A stretch of 64,000 nucleotides of DNA from Candidatus Latescibacterota bacterium (GCA_965217865.1 CBDCJO010000002.1:3104001-3168000); one strand, 5' to 3'; counted from the stretch's first letter, positions 32,153-43,517 are shown. Numbers and translations: made by a program. The notes: generated by a model from the sequence alone, not told the origin.

Positions 32153-32308
32153 TTGTCCATCCCGCTTTTCCGACCCGCACTCGAGCCGTTTCCAGAATCT
32201 TCCCGTTGACATCCCGCCCACAACCTGACCTGCCGGACCAACCAGTTCAGTTGCGGCCAGCGCCACGTCTCCGGCACCACTGCCGATATCGAGGACCCTC
32301 ATCCCGCT
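32153..32308 (-). pseudogene. SAM-dependent methyltransferase fragment
   Basis: MRVLDIGSGAGDV..VGP.G.VVG. Confidence 0.8.
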
Positions 32309-32447
32309 GGCTCTCGAGATGCTCGACCCCGATCACGAGTGAGGTCCCGGGCCGCAAATCCACGGGACCGGGACCGCCCAAGACATCCGGGGACAGGTTG
32401 TCGAGCGATCAACGCTGGAGTGCTGAGGATCATGGCTCTCTCCATCG

Positions 32448-33032
32448 TTACGCGTTCGCGTCGGTGGTACCGAAAATATCGCGCTTCAATTCTTCGTATA
32501 CGGCTTCTCGGACGTCACCGATACTCTCTGTTCGATACCTGTCGAATGTCATTGACCCCTCACCGCGTTCGTACAAGTCTTCAAGACCCTGGCTAGCGAG
32601 TCCCTGATAGTTTCGACTGACGGCGGCATCGTTGTCGATCATGCGGCTGACGCGCACTTCATCCAAAGGATCTCCAGTCCGTTTGAGTTGATGAATCTGA
32701 AAGTCGGGGTCGTTTCTATACGCCGACCTCACGTAGAAGACCTTTTTTCGCTCTTCAGGAAAAGAATCGTGAAACTCCAACACGACATCGTTGGTCCATT
32801 GGTCGCGGCTGGGTGAACCAGCTTTGACGTGATAATCCATGTCCCACATATTGCCTGTTATCTGTTTATTTGATGTCCAATTGTGCCAGGTCTGCAGCGC
32901 ATCGAAGAAGGAGGACTTGCCACACCCGTTCGGACCTGCGAGCACAATCAGGCGCGCGGTGTCGGGGATGCCCTGAACGGTCAGGTTGGTGAACCGTTTA
33001 AAGTCTTTGATTGTGGCGCTCTTAAACCTCAT
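32448..33032 (-). pseudogene. ABC/AAA ATPase (OLD/AAA_15-like), 3'-truncated
   Basis: DFKRF..LIVLAGPNGCGKSS Walker A; no Walker B. Confidence 0.8.
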
Positions 33033-33044
33033 GCCTACGCTCCA

Positions 33045-33243
33045 CTAGTGTCGTGTCCCAGAAGTTCCTTACAAAAGAAAGTCTCCAAAAACGTAGCGGT
33101 GGCTGTCATTTTGATCGAGAGCCAGCGAGCGAAGATCGCACCAACTGTCTGATAGTTCGGGACATAGAGATCCTTCGCTCCGCTCAGGACGACAGACCGC
33201 TACCCAAGAAATTATTGAAGGAATCTTTGGGACACGACACTAG
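33045..33243. mobile_element. ~200-bp MITE with 22-bp TIR, CTAG flanks and an internal REP-like hairpin
   Basis: TGTCGTGTCCCAGAAGTTCCTT / AAGGAATCTTTGGGACACGACA; internal GTCATTTTGA..GATCCTTCGCTCCGCTCAGGACGAC. Confidence 0.85.
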
Positions 33244-33339
33244 TACTTAGCTGCGCAAGTTTATGCGTGCAAATCCGCCCTTAACATCCTGTTTTTGCTA
33301 GGAAATCAGATTACGCGAATTTCCGCAGGTTGGTACTAG
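33240..33339. mobile_element. 100-bp CTAG-flanked MITE (inverted copy at 37654-37753)
   Basis: Imperfect TIR TACTTAGCTGCGCAAGTT / AATTTCCGCAGGTTGGTA; two matching copies. Confidence 0.9.
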
Positions 33340-33499
33340 AATGGTACAGGGACAGAGGGGGGGTGTACCAAGAATCCGAGATGCTTTGTACCACGCCTCG
33401 ACTCGACCGCCAGGGGGTCGCTCTCGTCCGATTTATCCCTGCGGGAAGGCTTGGAGAAAGGCCCACAGCGGGGCCCGCTGGATGACGGCGAGGTTCGAG

Positions 33500-33720
33500 G
33501 TCTTGAAATCCGCTTCGGCCTCTTTCAGGGACTGGTAAAACCGGCAAAACTTCCTCGGACTTCGCCGTCGCGCCACACTGGAGCCAGCGATAAAACGTCG
33601 TTTCGCCGATTCCCGCCATCCGGCAGGCGGCCTTGTTCGAGAGGCCCTTCCGAACGTTGCCGACGATCTCGGCCTCGAGTTCGGGCGTCAGCTTTGTCTT
33701 ACGTCCCACCGTGCCGTGTG
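33500..33720 (-). pseudogene. Phage terminase small subunit-like HTH fragment
   Basis: GRKTKLTPE..I...G.S..AAC..AGIGETTFYRW. Confidence 0.6.
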
Positions 33721-33867
33721 TCCCCCTTTCGAGCCGGTCAAACTCGTAATGCACCGACCTGCCGTTCGTCCTCGCCGCCGTAATCCTCCCGTACTCGATG
33801 ACCTCTTGAAGGACTTCCCCCCATTCGATATCCTGAAGGAACTCTCCGCATTAGACGACATCCTGAA

Positions 33868-34033
33868 GGAACTCCCTGAACTACCCCCATTCGTGTGACT
33901 GTTGCACTCCACTGTTGCAACTCCACTGTCCCGCTCCACTGTCCCCCCCACGGTCGCTTTTCTGAAGGTTCCGCATTCCATTGCCCGGATTCCTGAATAA
34001 AGTCGCGCACGGAGAGAATCCGATGCCCTGTGG
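33868..34033 (+). repeat. Second copy of the CTCCACT iteron-like block
   Basis: Near-identical to 13156-13327. Confidence 0.85.
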
Positions 34034-34398
34034 CCGATTATTGTATCCCCTCTGTGCCGACCAATGCCGGTTTGCTGGCTGGGAAGTATCCGATAGCGCC
34101 CGGCAATCTCCGCCACGTATGTTTGCCATCTGTTTGGCGTCCTCGAATACCAGCCATGGAGATACGTATAAAAATCCTGATGCCGGTCCCATGGTATAAA
34201 CATATTCAGAAAGCGGACAGCGTTCCACGCCTCCGGGTTGGTTTCGAAAATATCAATTAGATTGCGAGCGACCACATCATTGAGTCTCCGTTGGTAAGGG
34301 CGTCCGCCGCCGAACCGCGACCTAATCGGACAGGCTGAGACGTTCGACCGATCCGACCGTACGGTTGCGCGGTCGATCCGTTCCTCACGGCCAGCCCG

Positions 34399-34650
34399 TC
34401 AACTGGCCTGCTTACAGGCCAAGCCGAACACGGTCTCAGTCATCCAACGCTTGAAACTGTCGTTGTCCATGAATTGCTTGAACAGTTCGGCATCATCCTT
34501 GATTAGCGCCGTCATGACACGAGTGAGCGCCTTGCCGTGCTCAATGCGAGCATTGTCCTGATCGGAGTTCTGGCGAGCGTTCTTGAACGCAGCGTCCTGG
34601 GCTACTCGAAAAGGAATGGTCTCCGTGATCATCTCCTTCACACGGTCGGT
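34399..34650 (-). pseudogene. hsdR: Type I restriction HsdR C-terminal fragment
   Basis: NSD.DNARIEH.KAL.RVM..KDD.ELFKQFMDN.SF.RW. Confidence 0.75.
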
Positions 34651-34671
34651 GTCCTGCCACGCGATGGCACC

Positions 34672-36236
34672 TATCTTTTGTCTGAGATCGCCCGAAAAAA
34701 CGGGGGCAAGGTCGAAGCAAGATCCTGGTTGCCTGTAGGGTTGAGAAGGGATACATATTTTGGGATATCCCTGACCTCACAGGAGGAGTAAAGATGGAGC
34801 AACTGTCCTCAAACAGTGACCCGGTCAAGAAGCGCAGGAGCTTGTCCCCGGAACAGAAGTATGAGATTTTCCTTGAAGCCAGCCGGGGAGATGTTCCCAT
34901 TGCACAGGTGCTGCGGAAATGGGGCATTCATTCCTCGGATCTAAAGCGTATTCGTGAGTCGGTCAAGTCCGGGGCCCTCAAGGAGTTCAAGGGTCGCCGG
35001 AGCCGCAAGCCGATGGTATCGGCTGAGGAGGTGGAGCAGCTGCGCAAAGAGCGGGCACGCCTGGAGCAAACGATCATTGAGCAATCTGTGGAACTTTCCC
35101 TGCTAAAAAAAAGTGTGAATGGGATCTGACAGGCCCGATCAAGGGCCACCGGGTGCAAGCTGAGGTCAAACGCGAGATCCTCTTAATGGTCCATCGGGCC
35201 AAGGAGAAAGGGGTGAAACTCACCCGTTCTTGCGAGATCCTACAGCTTCCCCTCCAGCGGTATTGTGCCTGGAGCCGGCGAGATCGAGAAGAGAAGCTGG
35301 ATGGGGTGTCGGACCCGCTTTTGGATGGGAAGCCCGGGCCCGCCCCTGATAAGGCCCCACACGGATTGCTGAGGGAGGAGAAAGAGCAAATCTCGGCCCT
35401 CTTAAGGGATGAGACCTATGCCGATCTGCCTCCCCATCAGCTGGCGGTGGTAGCCTCAGAGAAGGGGGTAGTGCAGGCCTCGGCCTCCAGCTTCTACCGA
35501 CAGGCCAGGAAAGAACGTCTGGCACGCAGGAAACAGGTGAGGACGCCGGTCAAGCAGAGCAAGCCCCAGGTCAAACCTGAAGGTCCTAATCAGGTCTGGA
35601 GCTGGGACCTGACCTACATCCCATTTTTCGGTTTGTTCCTGTATTTTACCGCCATTCTCGACGTGTATTCCAGGAAGATCGTAGGATGGAAGCTCTCCTT
35701 CAACGCGACCGTGGAGCAGGTCAAACAGGCCTGGGATCAAGCCCTTGCCAACGAAGGACTGCTGGACCTGGACACTGGGCCCATAAGCTTGACAGCCCTC
35801 TCAGATCACGGATCTCAGATGAAGGCCAAATCGATGGCCCAATTCTTCAAGGACCTGGGCATCTCGCAGCTGTTTGCCCGATATCAAACACCCACGGACA
35901 ACGCCTGGATCGAAGCCTTTTTCCGGACATTCAAATACGACTGGCTGCGCTTCCAGGACATCTTCACATTCCATCAACTGGAAGGCCTGATTGATTCCTT
36001 CATTCACAGCTACAACGCCGAACGCTATCACGGGGCAATACAGTATGTCACGCCTCTTCAGAGGCATAAAGGCCAGCATCAAAAGATTCTTCACCACCGA
36101 CAAGGTCGAAAGGAGGAGGCTCGGCAGCGCCGCATAGAAATCAATCGGCAAAGAACATCCCAGACCATCCACAAGGCTGCCTGAATCTTGCTTGGACCTT
36201 TATCTGCTTTTCTCTTGTTATCTCAGAATAGATACA
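34672..36236 (+). mobile_element. IS3-family element copy 1 (1565 bp; orfA 34794-35129, orfB 35153-36184)
   Basis: WSWDLTY, SDHGSQ, NAWIE DDE core; A8G -1 frameshift site near 35105; no matching TSD. Confidence 0.95.
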
Positions 36237-36425
36237 GGTTTCCGGTTCAACCGTGAGCACGGTAGCCGCGATGATGGCGGCGTTCCGCTCCCCATCCGAC
36301 ATTTGCGCAATACTGAAACTCGTGCCGTCGTTTTTGTGCCACGCAAGAATCTCTTCATCTTTGGAATTCTGGAGAGAAACAACCAGAGTCCTGAGCGCAA
36401 GTAGTTCGTTGAGCTGATCAAAGGG
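36237..36425 (-). pseudogene. ABC/AAA ATPase signature fragment
   Basis: FSIAQMSDGERNA..IAA.VL. Confidence 0.7.
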
Positions 36426-36781
36426 CGACCTACGCCAAGGAAATCTTTGACGCCCGTGAACAGACCCTGTGGCGTGCCTATATCGCCCACCCCGACCGTT
36501 TTGTGCAGGGTCCCCCGCAGCCAACCGACCTGCCTTCCGAGGTCTGGATCAATCCACCCCGGATCTCGGATAAGTCCCAGCAGGATCCAGTCGTTATTAC
36601 GCCAGGTGATACCAAATCGAACCCGGTCCCGATACCTGCACGGGGATCCACGGTTGCCGATGACACCTCTTATGGAGACGGCCGGAAATTTCACTGAATT
36701 CCAACTTTCAGTGTCTCAAAATTGTTGACATGTTCCGTGAATCGCAACTGATAAACCGTCCGCTAAACCGGGGTAACTCCA
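36426..36781 (+). mobile_element. IS3-like 3' fragment plus a stacked 44-bp IS3 right end
   Basis: AY.AHPDRFV.G.P.P..LP.EVWINPP; 36738-36781 identical to 20734-20777. Confidence 0.8.
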
Positions 36782-36832
36782 AACCGGGATTGGCCCGATG
36801 TCAAGGTCATCCGGTACAAAAGCGATGGATGG

Positions 36833-37645
36833 TTGATCGAAGCTCTTTTGGTCCTTCCGCTTCGATACGTATCTGGCCAGAGGTACCCCACACTCCTCTT
36901 CCTCCACGGGGGACCCGAGAAGTCTGTCACGGGTAGTTTCAATGAACTGATTTCGGCAAGGGTAGAATCAGCTGCGCACCTCTTGGCGGCACACGGATAC
37001 GCTGTTTTGCTGCCAAACTTCAGAGGCAGTAGTGGCTATGGAGCCGAATTCTTGGAGCAGCTCCAGAACTATCAGATGATGTCAATCCCCTATCGGGATG
37101 CAGTGGCGGACATTGACTACCTGATTGAGGAGGGTGTTGCGGACCCGGAGGGACTGGGTGTATATGGCAGCAGCTTTGGCGGCCAACTGACGGCTTGGAC
37201 TGTGTCGCAGACCTCACGTTTCAAGGGCGCAGTTGCCTCCATTTGGGTGTACGACAGGCTTCACGATGATCGATTGTCAGGTACGCCATTCCACGCCTTG
37301 AGGCCGAATCGACTCGGAGATGTTGACCCAAAGGCAATGTGGCTTGACCCAGACGTTTACAGGAAGCTTTCACCTATCGAACACATCGCGGCAATCGAGA
37401 CACCTGTAATGATTATCGAATCAGGTGCGGAGAGGCGCGTTCGGGGCTCACAGGCCCGACTTTTCTATAATGGCCTATCTGCTCTCGGTATCGAGACCCG
37501 CTTGGTTTACTATCCAAAAGCCTATCATGGTGGCGGCTGGAATGATGACTACAAACGCGACTACATGAACAGGCTTATTGCATGGTTCGACCATTGTCTT
37601 AGGGACATAGATCTTCCAAAATGGTTCAACCGTAGTCTGCCATAA
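36833..37645 (+). pseudogene. S9 prolyl oligopeptidase catalytic domain (5'-truncated)
   Basis: HGGP, PNFRGSSGYG, GSSFGG nucleophile elbow. Confidence 0.85.
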
Positions 37646-37653
37646 CAAGTGGA

Positions 37654-37753
37654 CTAGTACCAACCTGCGGAAATTCGCGTAATCTGATTTCCTAGCAAAA
37701 ACAGGATGTTAAGGGCGGATTTGCACGCATAAACTTGCGCAGCTAAGTACTAG
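37654..37753. mobile_element. 100-bp CTAG-flanked MITE copy 2
   Basis: Reverse complement of 33240-33339. Confidence 0.9.
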
Positions 37754-37767
37754 GGAGTAACCCCTTC

Positions 37768-37832
37768 GGATGGCTCAACGAGGTCGAGATCTGGTTCAGC
37801 ATCCTATGGAAGAGAGCGCTCCGCAACGCCAG
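37768..37832 (+). pseudogene. IS630 transposase fragment
   Basis: WLNEVEIWFSIL..RAL. Confidence 0.7.
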
Positions 37833-38111
37833 CAGTGGGGGCTCGGCTGTCGCCCCCAATTTGCCGTCTGTCCGTGTGGAACTATGGCGTGAGACAGTGG
37901 CGACCGCCTCCGACCTTTCATGCCCTTCTCCGGGAAACAGATCGCCAGGTTTTGAGGGCGCAGGGAGGGTTGCTTGATGAAATCATCGGTGGCGGCGCGG
38001 GGTTGTGAACGCGCAGCAGTTCAAGATATGCGCCTGGGCATGGAACCCCGAACTCCAGTGGGGGCTCGGCTGTCGCCCCAATTTGCCGTCTGTCCGTGTG
38101 GGACAGTGGCG
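37833..38111 (+). repeat. CAGTGGCG-bounded tandem units, locus 3
   Basis: CAGTGG at 37833, 37895, 38056, 38104. Confidence 0.9.
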
Positions 38112-38334
38112 TACGTCTTGCCCCGTGCCTCGAGTGCTGCTGCAGCGAGCGCGAGGAATTCGTCAACGTCTTCCGTTTCTTGTTCTATCACCAGGAATGT
38201 ATTGCTACACCCAAGACGGAGAAAGAGGTCCTGAATATCACCGGGTGGGACGCCAGATGCGTGCAGCGTTTTTACCATACCCTCTGGCAGCATCTGGAGC
38301 GACGCATCAAAGATTGCGGGCCGGATCGGATGGT

Positions 38335-39905
38335 GGGGCCATCGAGACGTCCTGCAATCTGTGGGTTACCCTGGCCCACTACCTCCAGGGGAAGGGGTAT
38401 CGCGTGCTGCTGGTGAGCCCCCTCACGACGTATCACGCAAGACCGATGATGCACCGCGATTTCTCCAAGTCGGATCCCAGGGATGCCTTTCTGGTGGCCG
38501 ACAGCGCACAGAAGGGAAGCTATGATCTCTTCAGGACGTTCGAGCCTCACATGGAGGCCGCGCACCAGCTCTCAATCGCCTACGACAAGCTCCGGAAGGA
38601 CCTCACAAAGTCCCTGCTCCGCACCCGGTCTCTGATGGAACGCGTCTTCCCGGAGTTCCTCCACGCGGTCAACATTCGTACGAAGACCTCCCGCTACCTG
38701 TTGGAGCGATATTTCTTGCCCCGCCACTTCGAGGAAATTGACATCGAAGAGGAGGGCCGCCAGATCCATCGGATCTCAAGAGGCAGTTACGGGGTGGCGA
38801 CGCTGCAGAAGCTGAAGGAGGAGGCCCGGACCTCCATCGGGATCCCGGTCGAGGGCCAGGAAGATGTCCTCCGCATCATCCTGAATGGCTGGATCGAGGC
38901 GCTCCGGCGGACCGAGACGCAACTCAAAGCTGTGGAGCAGGCGATGATCGTCCGCACTCAGCAGGATCCGACTTTCCAAATCGTCGACTCGATCCCCAAC
39001 ATCAACAAAAACCTGGCTGCCCAATTTACCGCGGAGACGCGAGGGGCCACCCGCTTCACCCACTTCAAACAGATCGAGAAGCTCGCCGGCACGAACGTGC
39101 GCATCGCCGACTCCGGAAAGTACAAAGGCAAAAGGCGGATGAGCAAGATCGGCAATCCCCGGCTGCGGCGAATCATCTACCAGATGACCGAACAGACCGC
39201 CCGGGTCGTGCCCCAGGTCCGCCGCCGCTTCCTCGAACGCGAGCTCAGGAAGAAGTGCTACCGCAAGAATATCGTGGCCGCCTCGTCCCAGCTCCTACGG
39301 CTCATCGTAGCCCTGCTCAGAGAAAATCGTCTCTACGAGGAGAGAGACCACCCCGCGGCATCCCTCAAAACGCTCGAGAGGCGCTACATGAAGCGCTACA
39401 AGAAAAAGCAGCATCCCCGACGGCGCGCTCGCGCCGCCGCCTGACCGCTGCCGCGGTCACACTCGCTCTTTGACATCGCTGCTCGATTCACATCCGGTGC
39501 AGTCTCCTGCCGGACCGGTTACACAAGCTGCCGCCTTCCAAGGCGGCCAGGGGCGGCCTGCAGAACTGGCTTGAGAGGAGGGCTCCGATAGGAGTCGCTT
39601 CGGCTAACAGATCCGCAGGCCTCCCCGTCTTCCTGGATCGGATTAGAAAATGCGCGAAGACCGGCACACCTACTCACACAAACAAGAGTGCCGGCCGCGG
39701 ATGTAAGTTGGTATCGGAAGACACCACCCCCCACACGGGAGCTTCGCCCCTCTTCAAAGACCGGTCCTGCACCATAAGGGCGAACTGCGCTCCGAACATA
39801 GTAAGAATGTCCACTTTACACCCCTTGACGCTGAGAAAACCGGCATAAAAAATCTCATCCAACCTCGAAATCGTCAACTTTGCTCTTGACTTTCCGCATG
39901 TAGTC
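38335..39905 (+). mobile_element. IS110-family element, 5'-truncated, with a ~460-bp 3' non-coding end
   Basis: IETS, KSDPRDA, DSGK..MSKIGNPRLR; stop at 39444; TTGACT near the right end. Confidence 0.85.
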
Positions 39906-39906
39906 T

Positions 39907-39996
39907 GCGGTATATCCGATGTTTGGTCGTGGGGAAATTATTGCGAAGCAACCACGGCCAAATATGGGTGGAGTGAAACGGAACCGGATATACCGC
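39907..39996. repeat. attC-like imperfect palindrome downstream of the GNAT gene
   Basis: Perfect 12-bp IR GCGGTATATCCG/CGGATATACCGC with inner TTTGGTCGTGG/CCACGGCCAAA. Confidence 0.55.
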
Positions 39997-40031
39997 TGAT
40001 ATACGATGGAGTATTTGGTTCCTATTTTTGA

Positions 40032-40508
40032 CTATTTTTTGGAGCTATTTATTATCCTTTTTTCCATGAGGTAACTGACCATTTTCTTGTTTTCCATGAG
40101 ATGCGGTTGTTTCTTGATTACCTTGTAGCCTTTTCGTTCGTAGAACTTTTTTGCTGAGACGGAGGCAACAATCTGAATATTCCTAACTCCCATTTTTTTG
40201 AGAGAGTCTTCAGCAGTTTCTAGCAATTTGCTTCCGATACCTTCACCTTGGTGATCTTTATGAACGTAAAGGCCCCAAAATTCACCTTTGAGGCTGTGGT
40301 TTACGAATCCAACGATCTTGCGGCTTAGCACAGCAACCCACTTTTTGCCTATCTTCATGGGGTCTCTGTGTTTTTTGGCTGTGACTCTTCCAGACCAAAC
40401 CTTGATGATATCTTCGGGGTAATCGTTGCTGTTGATGTGCCTAATTGTTTCTCTGTGTAGTCGTGCCACAGCTGTAGCATCTTCCGATCTAAATTTACGT
40501 ATTCTCAT
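40032..40508 (-). CDS. GNAT acetyltransferase (low GC, cassette-like)
   Basis: LYVH..HQG.GIGSKLL; A..FYE..GY. Confidence 0.92.
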   Translation of the reverse strand: MRIRKFRSEDATAVARLHRETIRHINSNDYPEDIIKVWSGRVTAKKHRDPMKIGKKWVAVLSRKIVGFVNHSLKGEFWGLYVHKDHQGEGIGSKLLETAEDSLKKMGVRNIQIVASVSAKKFYERKGYKVIKKQPHLMENKKMVSYLMEKRIINSSKK

Positions 40509-40582
40509 GGAATATCATTATTCTTCTAAAGAATAGCTCCAAAACAAAGAATCAAAAAATAAAAATAGGAACTAAATGTTCT

Positions 40583-40675
40583 GTCGTATCGTCTTCCCGG
40601 TTGCCGAACCCGCGTAGCGGGTTGCCGAAGGCCAAGGCGTGCACGCGCCGCAGTGGCAACCGGTTGTTACACGAC
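40583..40675. repeat. attC-like imperfect palindrome upstream of the GNAT gene
   Basis: GTCGTAT..CCGGTTGCC / GGCAACCGG..ACACGAC. Confidence 0.5.
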
Positions 40676-40774
40676 GTTGTTGTTAAGCGGCTAAAGGTTG
40701 GTCTGTTGGTTGCAGAGTTGGCTCTGATACAGGAAACCGATAATGGTCTCCAGCCGCCCACATGTGGTCATCGT

Positions 40775-42893
40775 CTTTGGTCCGCGGTCAATCAGGTCTG
40801 GCCACAGACCCGGCAGCAGCGGTGCTGGAACCACAAGGTCCTCAACATGGTCAACCAGATCCATAAGCGCCAACAGATCCAGGCTCGGGCGTTGCTCGTT
40901 CAGATCCCCTACGCCAACACCCTTACAGATGCCGGGAAGCTCCGCAAGAAGTTCATCGCACGATACCAAAGCCAGTTCCCGAAGGCAGTTAAAGCCCTTG
41001 ATCGAGACTGGGGTCGAATGCTCACCTTCTTCGACTTTCCGACAAAACACTGGAGACACCTGAGAACCACCAATGTCGTCGAAAGCCTGTATCTATTCTG
41101 AGATAACAAGAGAAAAGTAGATAAAGGTCCAAGCAAGATTCAGGCAGCCTTGTGGATGGTCTGGGATGTTCTTTGCCGATTGATTTCTATGCGGCGCTGC
41201 CGAGCCTCCTCCTTTCGACCTTGTCGGTGGTGAAGAATCTTTTGATGCTGGCCTTTATGCCTCTGAAGAGGCGTGACATACTGTATTGCCCCGTGATAGC
41301 GTTCGGCGTTGTAGCTGTGAATGAAGGAATCAATCAGGCCTTCCAGTTGATGGAATGTGAAGATGTCCTGGAAGCGCAGCCAGTCGTATTTGAATGTCCG
41401 GAAAAAGGCTTCGATCCAGGCGTTGTCCGTGGGTGTTTGATATCGGGCAAACAGCTGCGAGATGCCCAGGTCCTTGAAGAATTGGGCCATCGATTTGGCC
41501 TTCATCTGAGATCCGTGATCTGAGAGGGCTGTCAAGCTTATGGGCCCAGTGTCCAGGTCCAGCAGTCCTTCGTTGGCAAGGGCTTGATCCCAGGCCTGTT
41601 TGACCTGCTCCACGGTCGCGTTGAAGGAGAGCTTCCATCCTACGATCTTCCTGGAATACACGTCGAGAATGGCGGTAAAATACAGGAACAAACCGAAAAA
41701 TGGGATGTAGGTCAGGTCCCAGCTCCAGACCTGATTAGGACCTTCAGGTTTGACCTGGGGCTTGCTCTGCTTGACCGGCGTCCTCACCTGTTTCCTGCGT
41801 GCCAGACGTTCTTTCCTGGCCTGTCGGTAGAAGCTGGAGGCCGAGGCCTGCACTACCCCCTTCTCTGAGGCTACCACCGCCAGCTGATGGGGAGGCAGAT
41901 CGGCATAGGTCTCATCCCTTAAGAGGGCCGAGATTTGCTCTTTCTCCTCCCTCAGCAATCCGTGTGGGGCCTTATCAGGGGCGGGCCCGGGCTTCCCATC
42001 CAAAAGCGGGTCCGACACCCCATCCAGCTTCTCTTCTCGATCTCGCCGGCTCCAGGCACAATACCGCTGGAGGGGAAGCTGTAGGATCTCGCAAGAACGG
42101 GTGAGTTTCACCCCTTTCTCCTTGGCCCGATGGACCATTAAGAGGATCTCGCGTTTGACCTCAGCTTGCACCCGGTGGCCCTTGATCGGGCCTGTCAGAT
42201 CCCATTCACACTTTTTTTTAGCAGGGAAAGTTCCACAGATTGCTCAATGATCGTTTGCTCCAGGCGTGCCCGCTCTTTGCGCAGCTGCTCCACCTCCTCA
42301 GCCGATACCATCGGCTTGCGGCTCCGGCGACCCTTGAACTCCTTGAGGGCCCCGGACTTGACCGACTCACGAATACGCTTTAGATCCGAGGAATGAATGC
42401 CCCATTTCCGCAGCACCTGTGCAATGGGAACATCTCCCCGGCTGGCTTCAAGGAAAATCTCATACTTCTGTTCCGGGGACAAGCTCCTGCGCTTCTTGAC
42501 CGGGTCACTGTTTGAGGACAGTTGCTCCATCTTTACTCCTCCTGTGAGGTCAGGGATATCCCAAAATATGTATCCCTTCTCAACCCTACAGGCAACCAGG
42601 ATCTTGCTTCGACCTTGCCCCCGTTTTTTCGGGCGATCTCAGACAAAAGATAAGCCCCTTTGCCTCCGTCCGCCTGAGAACCAACGCGGCCAAGCGATAC
42701 AAAAAGATCGGTTGCGGCAAGCGCTCTGATCTGGCGCACGCTGGTGGTCGCTGAAAAACGCTTCCGACGACTCAACGCACCCCATCTGCTAAAGGATGTC
42801 TACGCACAGCACCACCGCAAAAAAAAGATCACTATCGACTCGGAGAAGAAGCCTAGCCGCCTGACCTTTTTACACACCTCTTGACGAGAGCTC
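40775..42893 (+). pseudogene. IS256-family 3' fragment interrupted by IS3 copy 2
   Basis: QQRCWNHK..HLRTTNVVES|PFASVRLRT resumes at 42653; end TACACACCTCTTGAC. Confidence 0.85.
41088..42652 (-). mobile_element. IS3-family element copy 2
   Basis: Same ORFs as copy 1; 4-bp TSD AGCC. Confidence 0.95.
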
Positions 42894-43517
42894 TACGGCC
42901 GTGCCCGAGCCAAGTCTGGTGTCCATTTCCCACTTGGTTTTCAGACTGGAATCGACGGTTGTGAAAGGGGCCCCCTTCTCCGGGCCGACCGTGCGAGATA
43001 GATATGGAAGTTTTTGTTGACTTACAAGGTTTAAAAAGGGACAAGAAGGAAAAATTAAGGGGTGTTAACCCCTTGGCATTGATCTCCAAGCCCAATTTTG
43101 TCCCCCCCGGACAGAGGTCCATCGCGCTTTGTCGTCGTATACCAATTTGGTGCCGGTTTCCGTCCAAAGTGTTAAATATCGTACAACTTTTGGTTCTAGG
43201 CTTGACGCTCCTTCCTTGTTAACCATTGCCCCCCCATAAATACGTCCCGTACATTTTTCATGTACGCGCGGGATAAGCTGAGGATGCTGTAAAGGTGGCG
43301 ATGGCGGCATTATGAGCTGTAAGGATTCACGCCTTGAAGCACATCCAACGCGTGGGGGGCAACATGAAAACGGTAGATGAACGCATAAACAGGTTGGATC
43401 GATCCGTAGCGTCGAGCTTTTTGTGGCGAAAGAGCACGGTTCAGTATATGTAGTAGATGTTCGATGAAAATTGTCTTTCTTGGACATAAGGACTGTAATT
43501 CCTAAGGGGGTAAGATT

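Noticed and set aside
38005-39444. 479-aa IS110 transposase with a novel N-terminus
   Set aside because: The first ~110 codons read through a non-coding repeat and an unrelated fragment; chance fusion
42900-43510. 600-bp intergenic region as an ncRNA or riboswitch
   Set aside because: No recognisable motif or long stem; more likely the promoter region of the GWxTD gene
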